Shown here: in pieces, positions 37,929 through 48,196 of the stretch
Numbering within the stretch: the first letter of the stretch is position 1
Layout of the letters: each line of letters begins with the position of its first letter
Assembly: GCA_964453405.1 (NCBI GenBank)
Contig: CAYVOF010000003.1
Coordinates: forward strand, 4,286-68,285
From: an uncultured Candidatus Saccharibacteria bacterium
GTDB taxonomy: Bacteria > Patescibacteriota > Doudnabacteria > UBA920
DNA length: 64,000 nucleotides
Direction: 5' to 3'
Translations under genes and position numbers: made by a program
The notes under the pieces: model-generated
What the model was told of the DNA's origin: nothing
Seen by the model: only the letters and a program-made list of their open reading frames with translations
The model's database searches: none

Positions 37929-39161
37929 ATGACAAACGGATCTACCTTCGACATAATCTATATATTAAATATTATATGGTTCCTATTCAGTCATGGAGGA
38001 TGGGTCCTTTTTGTTTTGTTGGCAATTTATCTTCTATATCAGATGTATATGGGAGAAATCCAAGGGCAGTATCTAAGTAGTATTGAATGGGTACTTTTAG
38101 AAATTAAGCCTCCTAAGGACAATCCTACCAGTTTTTATAATGCTGAACAGGTCTTTATTCAATTACATCAGTTATTTGATAACTGGACTTTTCAAGAAAA
38201 GTATTTAGAGGGGAAAATAGTATTTACTGTTTCATTTGAAATTGTTAGCTTGGGTGGAAAAATTTCTTATTTAATTCGCGCTCCAAAAAAGCAACAAGAT
38301 TTAATAGAAGCAGCTTTATATGCCAACTACCCAAGTATTGAAATTACCGAAGTTAAAGATTATTTAGAAAATTTTCACTATAGTCCTGATGATCCTCGCT
38401 ATGACCTGTTTGGCGCTGAATTTATACCAGTTAAAAGCCAAGCTTTTCCGATTCGAACTTATCGAGAATTTGAAAGTTTAAAAGGTCCCGAATTAAGCGA
38501 AATTGTGGTTGACCCACTTGCGCCATTGCTAGAAACCTATACCAAAATTGGTAGTCAGGAATTTTACGGTTTGCAAATTATTATTCAACCTGTAATGGAT
38601 AACTCCTGGAAAGAAGAAGTTGAAAATGAAGTTGAAAAAGTATTAGGCGAAAAAACTGTTGTTAGCGCTGACGGTAAAAAAACCAAGGTAAAGAATGATA
38701 TGATGGGTATAGACGAAATTGTTAAACAGCAAGTTACGGCTATGAAAAATAAGCTTAACCGTCCAGGTTTTAGTACCAAGATTCGTTTTTTGCATTTAGG
38801 AACAGCAGAGCAATTTAACAAGAACGCTAAAAAATTGGTGCTAAGTCCGTTCAGAATTTTTTCATCTGGAAACTTTAACAGTCTTAAACCTGCGTTTGGA
38901 CCAAAAAAAGATTACAGAATTTCCCCCAATTTAGAAGCAGCGTATATTAACTATTGGGTTAAAAATAGAAAGAAAGATATTTTTAATGGTTATAAAGGAC
39001 GTAGCACATGGGTAGGTGAAAAAACATTTATTCTTAATACGGAAGAGTTGGCTACTCTATATCACTTTCCGATCACAACACCTGGTTCTAATCAAACAGT
39101 GGAGTCATTGGACACAAAGAAAATCCAACCACCAGCCAACTTACCAATTGATGATTTATAA
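37929..39161 (+). CDS. conserved membrane protein, partner of the VirD4-like ATPase
   Basis: N-terminal TM; LEIKPP, FPIRTY, ILNTEELATLYHFP; 5 nt before the ATPase. Confidence 0.7.
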   Translation: MTNGSTFDIIYILNIIWFLFSHGGWVLFVLLAIYLLYQMYMGEIQGQYLSSIEWVLLEIKPPKDNPTSFYNAEQVFIQLHQLFDNWTFQEKYLEGKIVFTVSFEIVSLGGKISYLIRAPKKQQDLIEAALYANYPSIEITEVKDYLENFHYSPDDPRYDLFGAEFIPVKSQAFPIRTYREFESLKGPELSEIVVDPLAPLLETYTKIGSQEFYGLQIIIQPVMDNSWKEEVENEVEKVLGEKTVVSADGKKTKVKNDMMGIDEIVKQQVTAMKNKLNRPGFSTKIRFLHLGTAEQFNKNAKKLVLSPFRIFSSGNFNSLKPAFGPKKDYRISPNLEAAYINYWVKNRKKDIFNGYKGRSTWVGEKTFILNTEELATLYHFPITTPGSNQTVESLDTKKIQPPANLPIDDL

Positions 39162-39166
39162 ATTTT

Positions 39167-41029
39167 ATGGAAACAACCTCAGGACAACCTAAAGAACATA
39201 TTAATTTCTTCGCTAAGACCAACTTCCGCAACAAGCAGGTGCCTTTTGGTATTAAGCCAGATGACCGACGCCGTCACATGTACGTTATCGGTAAGACCGG
39301 TATGGGAAAAACTTCCATGATGGAAAACATGGTTGTTCAGGATATCCGCAATGGTAACGGAGTTTGTTTTATTGATCCTCATGGCGACTCGATTCAAAAA
39401 CTTCTAGATTATGTACCACCAAGCCGCATTAATGACGTGGTGTATTTTAACCCAGCCGATCAGGACTTTCCGATTGCTTTAAATATTTTAGAATCTGTTG
39501 ATCCTAAGTACCAGCATTTAGTGGCTTCGGGATTGATGGGTGTATTTACCAAAATTTGGGCAGGAGTTTGGTCGCCACGTATGGAATACATCTTAAACAA
39601 CACTATTTTGGCGTTGTTAGATAGCCCAGGCAATACAATGCTTGGGATTGTGCGCATGTACGTAGACAAAAAGTATCGCAAAAAAATAGTTGATGCTATT
39701 AAAGATCCGATGGTCCGAGCCTTTTGGGTAGAAGAATTTGCTAACTACGCCGAAAAGTATCGTACAGAAGCCGTAGCTCCGATTCAAAACAAAGTCGGAC
39801 AATTTTTATCGTCTTCAATTATTAGAAACATTATTGGGCAACCAAAGTCTACGATAGATTTGCGTGAGATTATGGACAACCAAAAAATTCTCTTAATGGA
39901 TTTGTCCAAAGGTAAAGTAGGTGAAGATAGCTCGGCTTTGCTTGGTGCTATGATTATCACCAAACTCCAGTTAGCTGCTTTATCTCGTGTGGATATTCCA
40001 GAACCTGACCGAAAAGATTTTTATTTATACGTAGATGAGTTCCAAAACTTTGTAACAGACAGTTTTGCTACTATTTTGTCCGAAGCGCGTAAATATCGCC
40101 TAAATTTAACCGTTGGCCATCAGTATATCGGACAGTTAACTCCGGACAATAACACTAAAGTGCGCGATGCTGTGTTTGGTAACGTTGGAAGTATGATTGT
40201 ATTTCGTGTTGGTGCTGCTGACGCCGAATATCTAGAAACAGAATTTGAACCAGCATTTACCCCGGTAGATATTGTAAACTTACCTAAGTGGCACATTGTG
40301 TTAAAACTGATGATCAATGGTATCGCTAGTGATCCGTTTACAGCCGTGACTGTTCCTATAAATGAAGAGTGGAAAATAGGGAATGGTGAGAAGATAATTA
40401 AAGTTTCTCGAGAACGATACGCCAATCCTCGCGCTGACGTAGAGGATAAGATCCAGCGTTGGATGGGTACAGAATTTCATGAAGCTTCTGCCGAATCTCA
40501 CAGCTCCGAAAACGGCGAGCAGTCTTTGCGTCGCCAAGAAGCCACCAAGCGTGAATTTAAGCCAAAGCCACCAACTGGTTTTACTAATGCAATGCGTGAT
40601 GCAGCGCAATCTCAAGCTCCAGCACCAAGATCAGAACCTAAAATTCAAGTAGCTGAAGACTTTTTAGAAAGGGTTAAGGCCGTACCTAAGCCTGTTGTTG
40701 AACCTATCGCACCAGCACCTAGACAACTACCAAAACAGCAAGCACCAAAATCTAATGACTCATGGCCCTCTCCAAAAAAGTTTAACACTTCTCCAAAGCC
40801 ATTTAAAAAAGATAATAAACCTGCGAAACCAAAAAAACCTATTAATGATGTATGGAAAACAGTACAAAATTTACAGGACGCCAAACAGGAAGATTTAGCA
40901 GATAATATTGCCAGCGCCATGGAGACAGTATTCTCTTCACCTAAACCTGCTCAAGCAGAACAACCAGTTCAACCAAAACCGCAAGAAAATAATTCTATAG
41001 TGGAAGAAGGTAAGACATACGATTTATAG
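39167..41029 (+). CDS. TraD/VirD4/HerA-like P-loop ATPase with low-complexity tail
   Basis: GKTGMGKT, IDPHGD, LYVDEFQ, SEARKY, HQYIGQL; Pro/Lys/Gln-rich C-terminus. Confidence 0.88.
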   Translation: METTSGQPKEHINFFAKTNFRNKQVPFGIKPDDRRRHMYVIGKTGMGKTSMMENMVVQDIRNGNGVCFIDPHGDSIQKLLDYVPPSRINDVVYFNPADQDFPIALNILESVDPKYQHLVASGLMGVFTKIWAGVWSPRMEYILNNTILALLDSPGNTMLGIVRMYVDKKYRKKIVDAIKDPMVRAFWVEEFANYAEKYRTEAVAPIQNKVGQFLSSSIIRNIIGQPKSTIDLREIMDNQKILLMDLSKGKVGEDSSALLGAMIITKLQLAALSRVDIPEPDRKDFYLYVDEFQNFVTDSFATILSEARKYRLNLTVGHQYIGQLTPDNNTKVRDAVFGNVGSMIVFRVGAADAEYLETEFEPAFTPVDIVNLPKWHIVLKLMINGIASDPFTAVTVPINEEWKIGNGEKIIKVSRERYANPRADVEDKIQRWMGTEFHEASAESHSSENGEQSLRRQEATKREFKPKPPTGFTNAMRDAAQSQAPAPRSEPKIQVAEDFLERVKAVPKPVVEPIAPAPRQLPKQQAPKSNDSWPSPKKFNTSPKPFKKDNKPAKPKKPINDVWKTVQNLQDAKQEDLADNIASAMETVFSSPKPAQAEQPVQPKPQENNSIVEEGKTYDL

Positions 41030-41079
41030 ACACAATCAAAAACAGCCACAAATTAATGTGGCTGTTTTTGATTTGAAAA

Positions 41080-41403
41080 TTATTCTAGATGTTTTGCTAG
41101 CTCGGCTTCGATAGTAGCTTTTGGAGCTGCTCCTACGATTTCACCTACGATCTGTCCGGCTTTAAAGAACTTCATAGTAGGGATACTGAGGATATTATAT
41201 TGCTGGGTTAATTCAGGCTCTTCATCTACATTGACTTTAGCCACAACAAGCTTTTCAGGATAAGCCTCGGCAAGTTCAGTTACAATTGGGCCTAAAATCT
41301 TACACGGACCACACCAAACTGCCCAAAAATCTACTAAAACTACCTTATCAGATTTGAGCACATCTTGGTCAAAATTAGCTTTTGTTACTTTGATTTCATT
41401 CAT
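41080..41403 (-). CDS. trxA: thioredoxin
   Basis: VDFWAVWCGPCK. Confidence 0.97.
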   Translation of the reverse strand: MNEIKVTKANFDQDVLKSDKVVLVDFWAVWCGPCKILGPIVTELAEAYPEKLVVAKVNVDEEPELTQQYNILSIPTMKFFKAGQIVGEIVGAAPKATIEAELAKHLE

Positions 41404-41521
41404 AAATTTAGTTTAATGATGCCTAATCATTTTATTAAAATTTAAGGTTGGTGTCAATAATTCAAAATAAGGTGATAAAAAATTAAAGACTAGATTTATC
41501 TAGTCTTAATATTGAATTTGC

Positions 41522-41944
41522 TTATGTTGTCAGGAACTCAAAAAACTCCTCTGAGATCCTTAACTCATTTGCAGGGAATAATTCCCATAATTCTATGGTT
41601 CTGTGGTGTACCATCGGAATAATCTTATGAGTTAAATCTGGGGCTTTTACCTTCATAAACACACTAGGAATATATAATATTGAACCCTTTTTGGAAGGAA
41701 AAGAAAATAATAATACTTTCCCTGGGATGTAAAAGCCATACCCAGTTTGAATTAGCATTTTCTCTTCTATATTGCGAATTAACTCTTCTCCGATGTTAAG
41801 ATCTGTAAATTTAAAAAACTCTTTCGACGTTGAGCAGTCAGGGACATTCTCCATTCCAAAAATCATTTCTGCAATATACTGAAAAGCTTTGGGAACTCTA
41901 TCATTTGCCGATGGACTAACATATCCAAAAACATCATCGGGCAT
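41522..41944 (-). CDS. hypothetical protein
   Basis: 140 aa; AGGAGG lies before an in-frame ATA (41971), so the start is uncertain. Confidence 0.55.
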   Translation of the reverse strand: MPDDVFGYVSPSANDRVPKAFQYIAEMIFGMENVPDCSTSKEFFKFTDLNIGEELIRNIEEKMLIQTGYGFYIPGKVLLFSFPSKKGSILYIPSVFMKVKAPDLTHKIIPMVHHRTIELWELFPANELRISEEFFEFLTT

Positions 41945-42107
41945 TTCTGAAATTCTTTGAACCGTAACTATCTATCCTCCTAAATTATCTTGATCAACGA
42001 GACATATCATTAAATCATCAATTTTTGATATTGTCAATTACTCCATGATTTAGCCTAAGCTTAATATGGGTTTGCACAAAACCTAAATCAACCTTATCAT
42101 TACTGTA

Positions 42108-43037
42108 ATGTTGAGAATTTTAAAGTTCATATCCCTAAGCATAGTTGGCGTTTTGCTCCTGTATGGAGTGTCTTTTTTGTTTTCTAATGCTGGCCTGAGT
42201 CCAAGCAATGAATCTAAAACTATTACAGGTCAAATCGATGAGGTTAAAAATAAGGCCTCAAGTTACATACTTTCCAACAAGGACATTCCTGAGGTCAAAG
42301 CAGCCAGTTACGAAGTTGTAGATTTATCTAATAATCAAGTACTTCTGAGCAAACGGCCTGACAGCGCATTATTAGTAGCCAGTCTAACCAAACTAATGAC
42401 TACTTGGATCGTACTTAACTACGGCAAACTTAACGACACATATCAAATTACTGCTCAAGATGTAAAGTCATTCAGCCCCTCCCTGGGTTTAGTAGTAGGA
42501 GATAAAGTATTAGTTTCAGATTTGCTAAATAGCATGCTAATTGGTTCAGCCAATGATGCAGCTTTGTCTTTGTCGCACTACGTAGAGAAGAAGCAAACCA
42601 AAACTTTTGCTGACCTGATGAATCTAGAGGCACAAAGTTTAAACTTAACCGATACTCGTTTTAGCAATCCAAATGGTTTTGACAGTGACACAAATTATTC
42701 TTCTAGTAATGATCTTAAAATTTTATTTGCTAAATTGAATGAACGTCACGTTTTTGATTCTACCTCACGAGCCACCAGTTACTCCTTTTCTGGATTACTG
42801 CAAAAAACTTACAAAATTTCGGCTACAAATGTATTGCTCGCCAAGTACAAAGACCTCTATGCAGTCAAAACTGGTTTTACAAATGAGGCTCAAGGGAGCA
42901 TGATCAATTTACTCAAAATCGGACAAAAACAGTACTTAATTATTGTATTAGGTAGTCCTGATAGGGAAGCAGACACACTAGAACTTAGGCAAATTATTTT
43001 AGATTCTAACTTAAGCAATCGTAACGGTAATATATAG
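42108..43037 (+). CDS. dacA: D-alanyl-D-alanine carboxypeptidase (peptidase S11)
   Basis: ASLTKLMT (SxxK), SAND (SxN), KTG. Confidence 0.92.
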   Translation: MLRILKFISLSIVGVLLLYGVSFLFSNAGLSPSNESKTITGQIDEVKNKASSYILSNKDIPEVKAASYEVVDLSNNQVLLSKRPDSALLVASLTKLMTTWIVLNYGKLNDTYQITAQDVKSFSPSLGLVVGDKVLVSDLLNSMLIGSANDAALSLSHYVEKKQTKTFADLMNLEAQSLNLTDTRFSNPNGFDSDTNYSSSNDLKILFAKLNERHVFDSTSRATSYSFSGLLQKTYKISATNVLLAKYKDLYAVKTGFTNEAQGSMINLLKIGQKQYLIIVLGSPDREADTLELRQIILDSNLSNRNGNI

Positions 43038-43060
43038 AACAATATGGTATAATAAATCTA

Positions 43061-44101
43061 ATGATCACAGATTTATTAATCAAAATTTTCTCGCTAACCA
43101 CGATTGCTTTTTTGTTTGCTATTGCCATTACACCATTTGTGACTAATATTCTGTATCGGTTTAATTTAGGCAAACAAATTCGTAATGATGGCTCTACGCC
43201 ACTGTTTTCGCGCATGCATGCTGGCAAAGAAGGTACTCCAACCATGGGTGGAGTGATTGTTTGGGGAACAACTTTAGTCCTAGGAACGGTGTTTTGGATA
43301 TTTGACCGCGTTGTTGGTATAGAAAATTTCCATATTCTCAATTTTTTAACACGTAAAGAAACCTTATTACCACTGGGTGCCTTGCTCGGAGCTGCGGTTG
43401 TAGGTTTAATGGATGACTATTTAGATATTCGTCGCTTAGGACACATGGGTCGTGGTTTTAGGTTTCGATTTAAAATCCTACTCTATACTGCTGTGGCTTT
43501 AATTGGAGCCTGGTGGTTTTACTACAAACTTGGTTTTGATTTTTTGCATATTCCTTTTTATGGCGACATTACTTTAGGTTGGTTGTTTATTCCTTTTTTC
43601 TTGTTGGTAACAATTGGAACCAGCTTTGCGGTTAACCAAACTGATGGTTTAGATGGATTAGCAGGCGGCGTTTTGCTAATTGCTTTTATTTGTTTTGCTC
43701 TGATTTCTTTCATGCTAGGAAAAGACAACTTAGCGGCGATGCTAGGGGTGGTCTCTGGTTCGCTGCTAGCGTTTTTATGGTTTAATGTTCACCCCGCTAG
43801 ATTCTTTATGGGGGACACAGGCTCGATGGGGCTTGGTACACTGCTTGCCATCGTAGCGTTCCTTACTAATAGTGTCTTGTTACTACCATTAATAGGTCTC
43901 GTATTTATTGTGGAGGCGGGTAGCTATTTTATTCAACTCTTTTGGAAAGTAGCTTTTAAGAAAAAGTTCTTCTTATCAGCACCCATTCATCATCATCTCG
44001 AAGCTATAGGTTGGCCAGAAGCGAAAGTCACAATGCGATTTTGGATTCTTTCGAGTATTGCTGGAATTATGGCTATTATTATTTTCTTCTTAGATCGCTA
44101 A
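43061..44101 (+). CDS. mraY: phospho-N-acetylmuramoyl-pentapeptide transferase
   Basis: KEGTPTMGG, NQTDGLDGLA, FMGDTGS, APIHHH. Confidence 0.98.
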   Translation: MITDLLIKIFSLTTIAFLFAIAITPFVTNILYRFNLGKQIRNDGSTPLFSRMHAGKEGTPTMGGVIVWGTTLVLGTVFWIFDRVVGIENFHILNFLTRKETLLPLGALLGAAVVGLMDDYLDIRRLGHMGRGFRFRFKILLYTAVALIGAWWFYYKLGFDFLHIPFYGDITLGWLFIPFFLLVTIGTSFAVNQTDGLDGLAGGVLLIAFICFALISFMLGKDNLAAMLGVVSGSLLAFLWFNVHPARFFMGDTGSMGLGTLLAIVAFLTNSVLLLPLIGLVFIVEAGSYFIQLFWKVAFKKKFFLSAPIHHHLEAIGWPEAKVTMRFWILSSIAGIMAIIIFFLDR

Positions 44102-44104
44102 ATT

Positions 44105-45664
44105 ATGTATTCATTGGTAATTAAAAATGCGACTGTCATCGATGGTTCTGGTAAGCTGGGCGCTATTCAGGATGTAGCAGTTGAAGACGATAAGATTGTT
44201 GCGGTCGGACCAAATATCACCACAGGTGGGAAAACTGTTTTTGATGGCGCGGGCTTAATTTTAGCACCGGGCTTTATTGATATTCAAAACCACAGCGACA
44301 GTTATTGGCAGTTGTTCGACAACCCTCCTTTACACAGCTTGGTCACACAAGGATTCACTACTATCTTAGTTGGGAATTCTGGATCAAGTTTGGCGCCGTT
44401 AATTTCGGAACATAGTATTTTGTCGATTCAAAAATGGAAGCCGCTAACTGGTATAAACATAGATTGGCGAACCTACCCTGAATACAAGCAACATATGCTG
44501 TCCAACACCTACGGCACCAATGTAGCCACTATGATTGGCTATTCTACAGTACGACGTGGTATGTTGGGAGACTCTGATAAATCTCCATCCAAAGCCGAAA
44601 TGGACTCAATCCTCGCTGTCCTAGAAAAGTGTTTATTAGATGGGGCAAAAGGAATTTCTGTAGGTTTGCAATACTCGCACGAACTAAATGTCACTCAAGC
44701 TGAACTATTTAGCTTAGCCGAACTCTGCGCAAAGCACGACAAGTTATTTTCTGTAGCTATGCGCCGCGAAAGCAAAACAATAGTTAGCTCTGCCCAAGAA
44801 CTTTGCGCTATTGCCGAACAAACCGGAGTCAAACTTAAAATTTCACATTTAAAAATTCGTTACAAAGAAAATAGCTTATTACTGGTTGACTTGCTCGACA
44901 CTATCGAATCCAGTTGGCATCGCGGGGCAAAAATTATGTTTGATTCGTATCCATATGACTTTACCTGGCAACCACTGTTTAACTACTTACCAAACTGGGC
45001 AGTTGAAGGCGGTCGCAAACCATTACTAGAAAGACTTCAATCACCAGACACTCGGGATAAAATTTTGACTTATCTTCGTAATCATTCAGCGAATATTGCA
45101 GAGTTGATTATTGCTTCTACTGGCCAAGGATTAAAAGTAAATGGTCGCACCATGTCGAGCATTGCCAAGGATATGAATCTCACCAGCGAAGAAGCTGTGT
45201 TAAACATTGTTCAAGCAGGTGGTAGCGGGACATTGGTTTTTGATCATTGCATCGACCCAAAGATGGTAGCTGTATTTAATAATCACAGTTTGGGATTGAT
45301 CGCCACAAGTGGGGGAGGATTTAATTTAGAAAATGTTACTAACTTAGTTCATCCACGAAGCTTTGGAACAGCTACAAAGTTTTTGCATAACGTAATTGAA
45401 AAGAAAGAAATAGCTTTAGAGGAAGCTATTGCAAAACTCACCAGCCGACCAGCACAAATGATTAATTTAGATAATCGTGGTTTAATTAAAACCGGCAATT
45501 TTGCAGATTTAGTTTTATTTGATCCTCTAGAAATAAACTCTTTGGCTAGTATAAATAACCCTTACCAATACTCACTCGGAATTAAAGCCGTTTGGGTGAA
45601 TGGCAAATTAACTGTGAGAAGTTCCAGTCCATTAGGTACTCAAGCAGGGCAATTTTTAAGTTAA
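44105..45664 (+). CDS. N-acyl-D-amino-acid deacylase-like amidohydrolase (degenerate active site)
   Basis: VIDGSG, APGFID, HPRSFGT, ADLVLFDP, VWVNG. Confidence 0.82.
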   Translation: MYSLVIKNATVIDGSGKLGAIQDVAVEDDKIVAVGPNITTGGKTVFDGAGLILAPGFIDIQNHSDSYWQLFDNPPLHSLVTQGFTTILVGNSGSSLAPLISEHSILSIQKWKPLTGINIDWRTYPEYKQHMLSNTYGTNVATMIGYSTVRRGMLGDSDKSPSKAEMDSILAVLEKCLLDGAKGISVGLQYSHELNVTQAELFSLAELCAKHDKLFSVAMRRESKTIVSSAQELCAIAEQTGVKLKISHLKIRYKENSLLLVDLLDTIESSWHRGAKIMFDSYPYDFTWQPLFNYLPNWAVEGGRKPLLERLQSPDTRDKILTYLRNHSANIAELIIASTGQGLKVNGRTMSSIAKDMNLTSEEAVLNIVQAGGSGTLVFDHCIDPKMVAVFNNHSLGLIATSGGGFNLENVTNLVHPRSFGTATKFLHNVIEKKEIALEEAIAKLTSRPAQMINLDNRGLIKTGNFADLVLFDPLEINSLASINNPYQYSLGIKAVWVNGKLTVRSSSPLGTQAGQFLS

Positions 45665-45667
45665 CTT

Positions 45668-47062
45668 ATGACCATAGAAGATTTACAACAAAAAAAAGTT
45701 GCTGTGTTGGGATTTGGTCAAGAAGGCCAAGCCATTGCTGAATATTTGATTAACCATAAAATTGCGCCAGCGATTTATGATGGCAAAGATTTAGCTAGCT
45801 GGAAGCCCGCTAACCTAGCCAAGTTACAACACTTAAAACTAACAGCTAATTGTGCGGAAGATTTTATTGACCAAGCTATTAATCAGGTGGATGTAATTTT
45901 TCGTAGTCCCGGGATCAAAATTTCTGATGATCAATACAATATTGCTGACAAAAAAAATCTTTTAATCACTAGTCAGACTCAGTGGTTTTTTGAACACTGC
46001 CCAGCCAAAATTATTGGCGTAACTGGTACAAAAGGAAAAGGTACAACGGCAAGTCTGTTATACAAAATGCTTGTAAAGCAGTTTACTGGATCAAACCAAA
46101 TTTTTTTGACTGGCAATATTGGAAAAATTCAACCTTTAGAATTTTTAGAAAAACTGACTGAGATTGATTTGGTAGTTTATGAACTATCTAGCTTTCAATT
46201 GCAGAACCTGTTGCTAAGTCCGCAAATCGGAATTTGCTTGATGGTGACATCTGATCATTTAGATTATCATCATGACTTAACAGAATACCACTCGGCTAAA
46301 TACGCGGTTTCTAAATTCCAAAATAAGTCCGATGTTTTGATTTATAACGCTGATTACGAAGCAACTCGACATATTGCTCAGCAAGGCCAAGGCCAAAAAT
46401 TAGCAGTGACTAAATTAGAAAAGCTCCCGACTGAATTTGGTACAAAAATTTTTGCAGAACAAGAAAAGATTGATATCCATCTACAGTCTGGCAAAGGGCT
46501 AATACTCGCAACTCAACCGCGTTTATTAATGGGCAAACATAATTTGGAGAATATAGCCGCTGCAAGCACTGCGGCAGCGATTCTAGAAGTGAGTTCAGAA
46601 AATATCCAACAACAAATTCAAACCTTTGCAGGATTAGAGCATCGTTTACAATTTGTTTCCGAAGTAGGTGGAGTAAAATATTATAATGACTCGGTTTCTA
46701 CTAATCCTGACACTACAATTGCTGCGATCAAATCTTTCGAGCAACCAATCATTCTAATTGTTGGTGGTGCGGTTAAAAATTTAGATTACACAAACTTAGT
46801 GAACGAAATTATTACCGCCGAACATATTAAAGCAGTAGTGACCATGGGTCCAGCAGGTGAAGTAATAAAAAGGCTGCTGTTAGAAGAAAACTTTGATAAG
46901 CCAATGTCCGGACCATTATATGAATTTAAGCAAGTAGTAGATTCAGCTAATAAGTTTGTTGCAAGTGGCGACATTGTGTTACTCAGCCCAGGCGCGACCT
47001 CTTTTGACATGTTTAATAGCTACGCAGAACGAGGAGATCAATTTATAAAATTAGTATCGTAG
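45668..47062 (+). CDS. murD: UDP-MurNAc-L-Ala:D-Glu ligase
   Basis: GTKGKGTT, ELSSFQL, HLDYH, GLEHRL, NDSVST, LSPGATSFDMF. Confidence 0.97.
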   Translation: MTIEDLQQKKVAVLGFGQEGQAIAEYLINHKIAPAIYDGKDLASWKPANLAKLQHLKLTANCAEDFIDQAINQVDVIFRSPGIKISDDQYNIADKKNLLITSQTQWFFEHCPAKIIGVTGTKGKGTTASLLYKMLVKQFTGSNQIFLTGNIGKIQPLEFLEKLTEIDLVVYELSSFQLQNLLLSPQIGICLMVTSDHLDYHHDLTEYHSAKYAVSKFQNKSDVLIYNADYEATRHIAQQGQGQKLAVTKLEKLPTEFGTKIFAEQEKIDIHLQSGKGLILATQPRLLMGKHNLENIAAASTAAAILEVSSENIQQQIQTFAGLEHRLQFVSEVGGVKYYNDSVSTNPDTTIAAIKSFEQPIILIVGGAVKNLDYTNLVNEIITAEHIKAVVTMGPAGEVIKRLLLEENFDKPMSGPLYEFKQVVDSANKFVASGDIVLLSPGATSFDMFNSYAERGDQFIKLVS

Positions 47063-47066
47063 ATTC

Positions 47067-48176
47067 ATGACTAAAGGAAAATCAAAAATTAATTATTCCA
47101 TACTTGTTCCTACGATAGCTTTGCTATTGATTGGTTTAAGCACGCTTTGGTCCGCCTCTACAGCAGAGTCACAACAAAATTACGGGAACTCTAGTTATTA
47201 TTTGATTCACCAGCTAACTAGGGGAGTATTATTAGGGTTAATTGGCATGTACTTTTTTAGTAAGTTTGACTATCAAAAACTAAAAAAGCCAGCAGGAATT
47301 TTTATTGCTGCTGTGTTAGTTCTTTTGGTGTTAGTAAAGATGCCTGGTCTTGGCGTGACAGCCAATGGTGCCACGCGATGGATTAGCTTTGGACCTATTT
47401 TTTTTCAACCAGCAGAATTAGCCAAGTTAGCTTTGGTAATATACTTAGCTGCTTGGACAGCAAAGCCTAACAAAGGCAGCTCTAACAATTTTTGGGAATC
47501 TATTTTTCCGCCATTATTAATTTTAGGAGTTATGTCCTTGTTGGTAATCTGGCAACCTGATTTGGGTTCGACTATTTCTTTAGTCTCAATTGCAATGGCT
47601 ATGTTTTTTGCTGGGGGCGCCAAGCTTAAATATTTAGCATGGGTGACGGCTTCTGGAATTGTAGGAATTTTAGGATTAGCATGGCTGGAACCTTATCGAT
47701 TACAGCGCTTAACTGTTTTTCTTAATCCAGGTGGTGACACATTAGGAATTGGCTATCAGATTAACCAGGCCTTGATTGCCGTGGGCAGTGGAGGATTATT
47801 TGGCTATGGGTATGGTTTTTCGAGACAAAAACATTTTTACCTCCCCGAAACCATCAATGACTCAATTTTTGCTATAATCGCAGAAGAGCTTGGATTCATT
47901 CGAGTTACTCTAATCCTGCTTATCTTTGCCTTTCTACTCTATAAATGCTTGCAAGTGGCTCTAAAAAGCAATGATAATTTTGGAAGAATGCTTGCCTTTG
48001 GAATTACTGCTATGATTGGGATTAACGTGATTATTAACGTGGGTGCCATTATTGGCCTAATTCCGTTAACAGGTATTCCTTTGCCATTCTTTAGTTACGG
48101 AAGTACTGCAATGGTTATTGCGCTATCTGTGATTGGAATACTGTTGAACATTTCAAAACAAAATCGCGCGACTTAA
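47067..48176 (+). CDS. ftsW: SEDS peptidoglycan polymerase FtsW
   Basis: NGATRW, QPAELAK, QPDLG, PLTGIPLPFFSYG. Confidence 0.93.
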   Translation: MTKGKSKINYSILVPTIALLLIGLSTLWSASTAESQQNYGNSSYYLIHQLTRGVLLGLIGMYFFSKFDYQKLKKPAGIFIAAVLVLLVLVKMPGLGVTANGATRWISFGPIFFQPAELAKLALVIYLAAWTAKPNKGSSNNFWESIFPPLLILGVMSLLVIWQPDLGSTISLVSIAMAMFFAGGAKLKYLAWVTASGIVGILGLAWLEPYRLQRLTVFLNPGGDTLGIGYQINQALIAVGSGGLFGYGYGFSRQKHFYLPETINDSIFAIIAEELGFIRVTLILLIFAFLLYKCLQVALKSNDNFGRMLAFGITAMIGINVIINVGAIIGLIPLTGIPLPFFSYGSTAMVIALSVIGILLNISKQNRAT

Positions 48177-48196
48177 TTAGCAGCGCAAAAATATAA

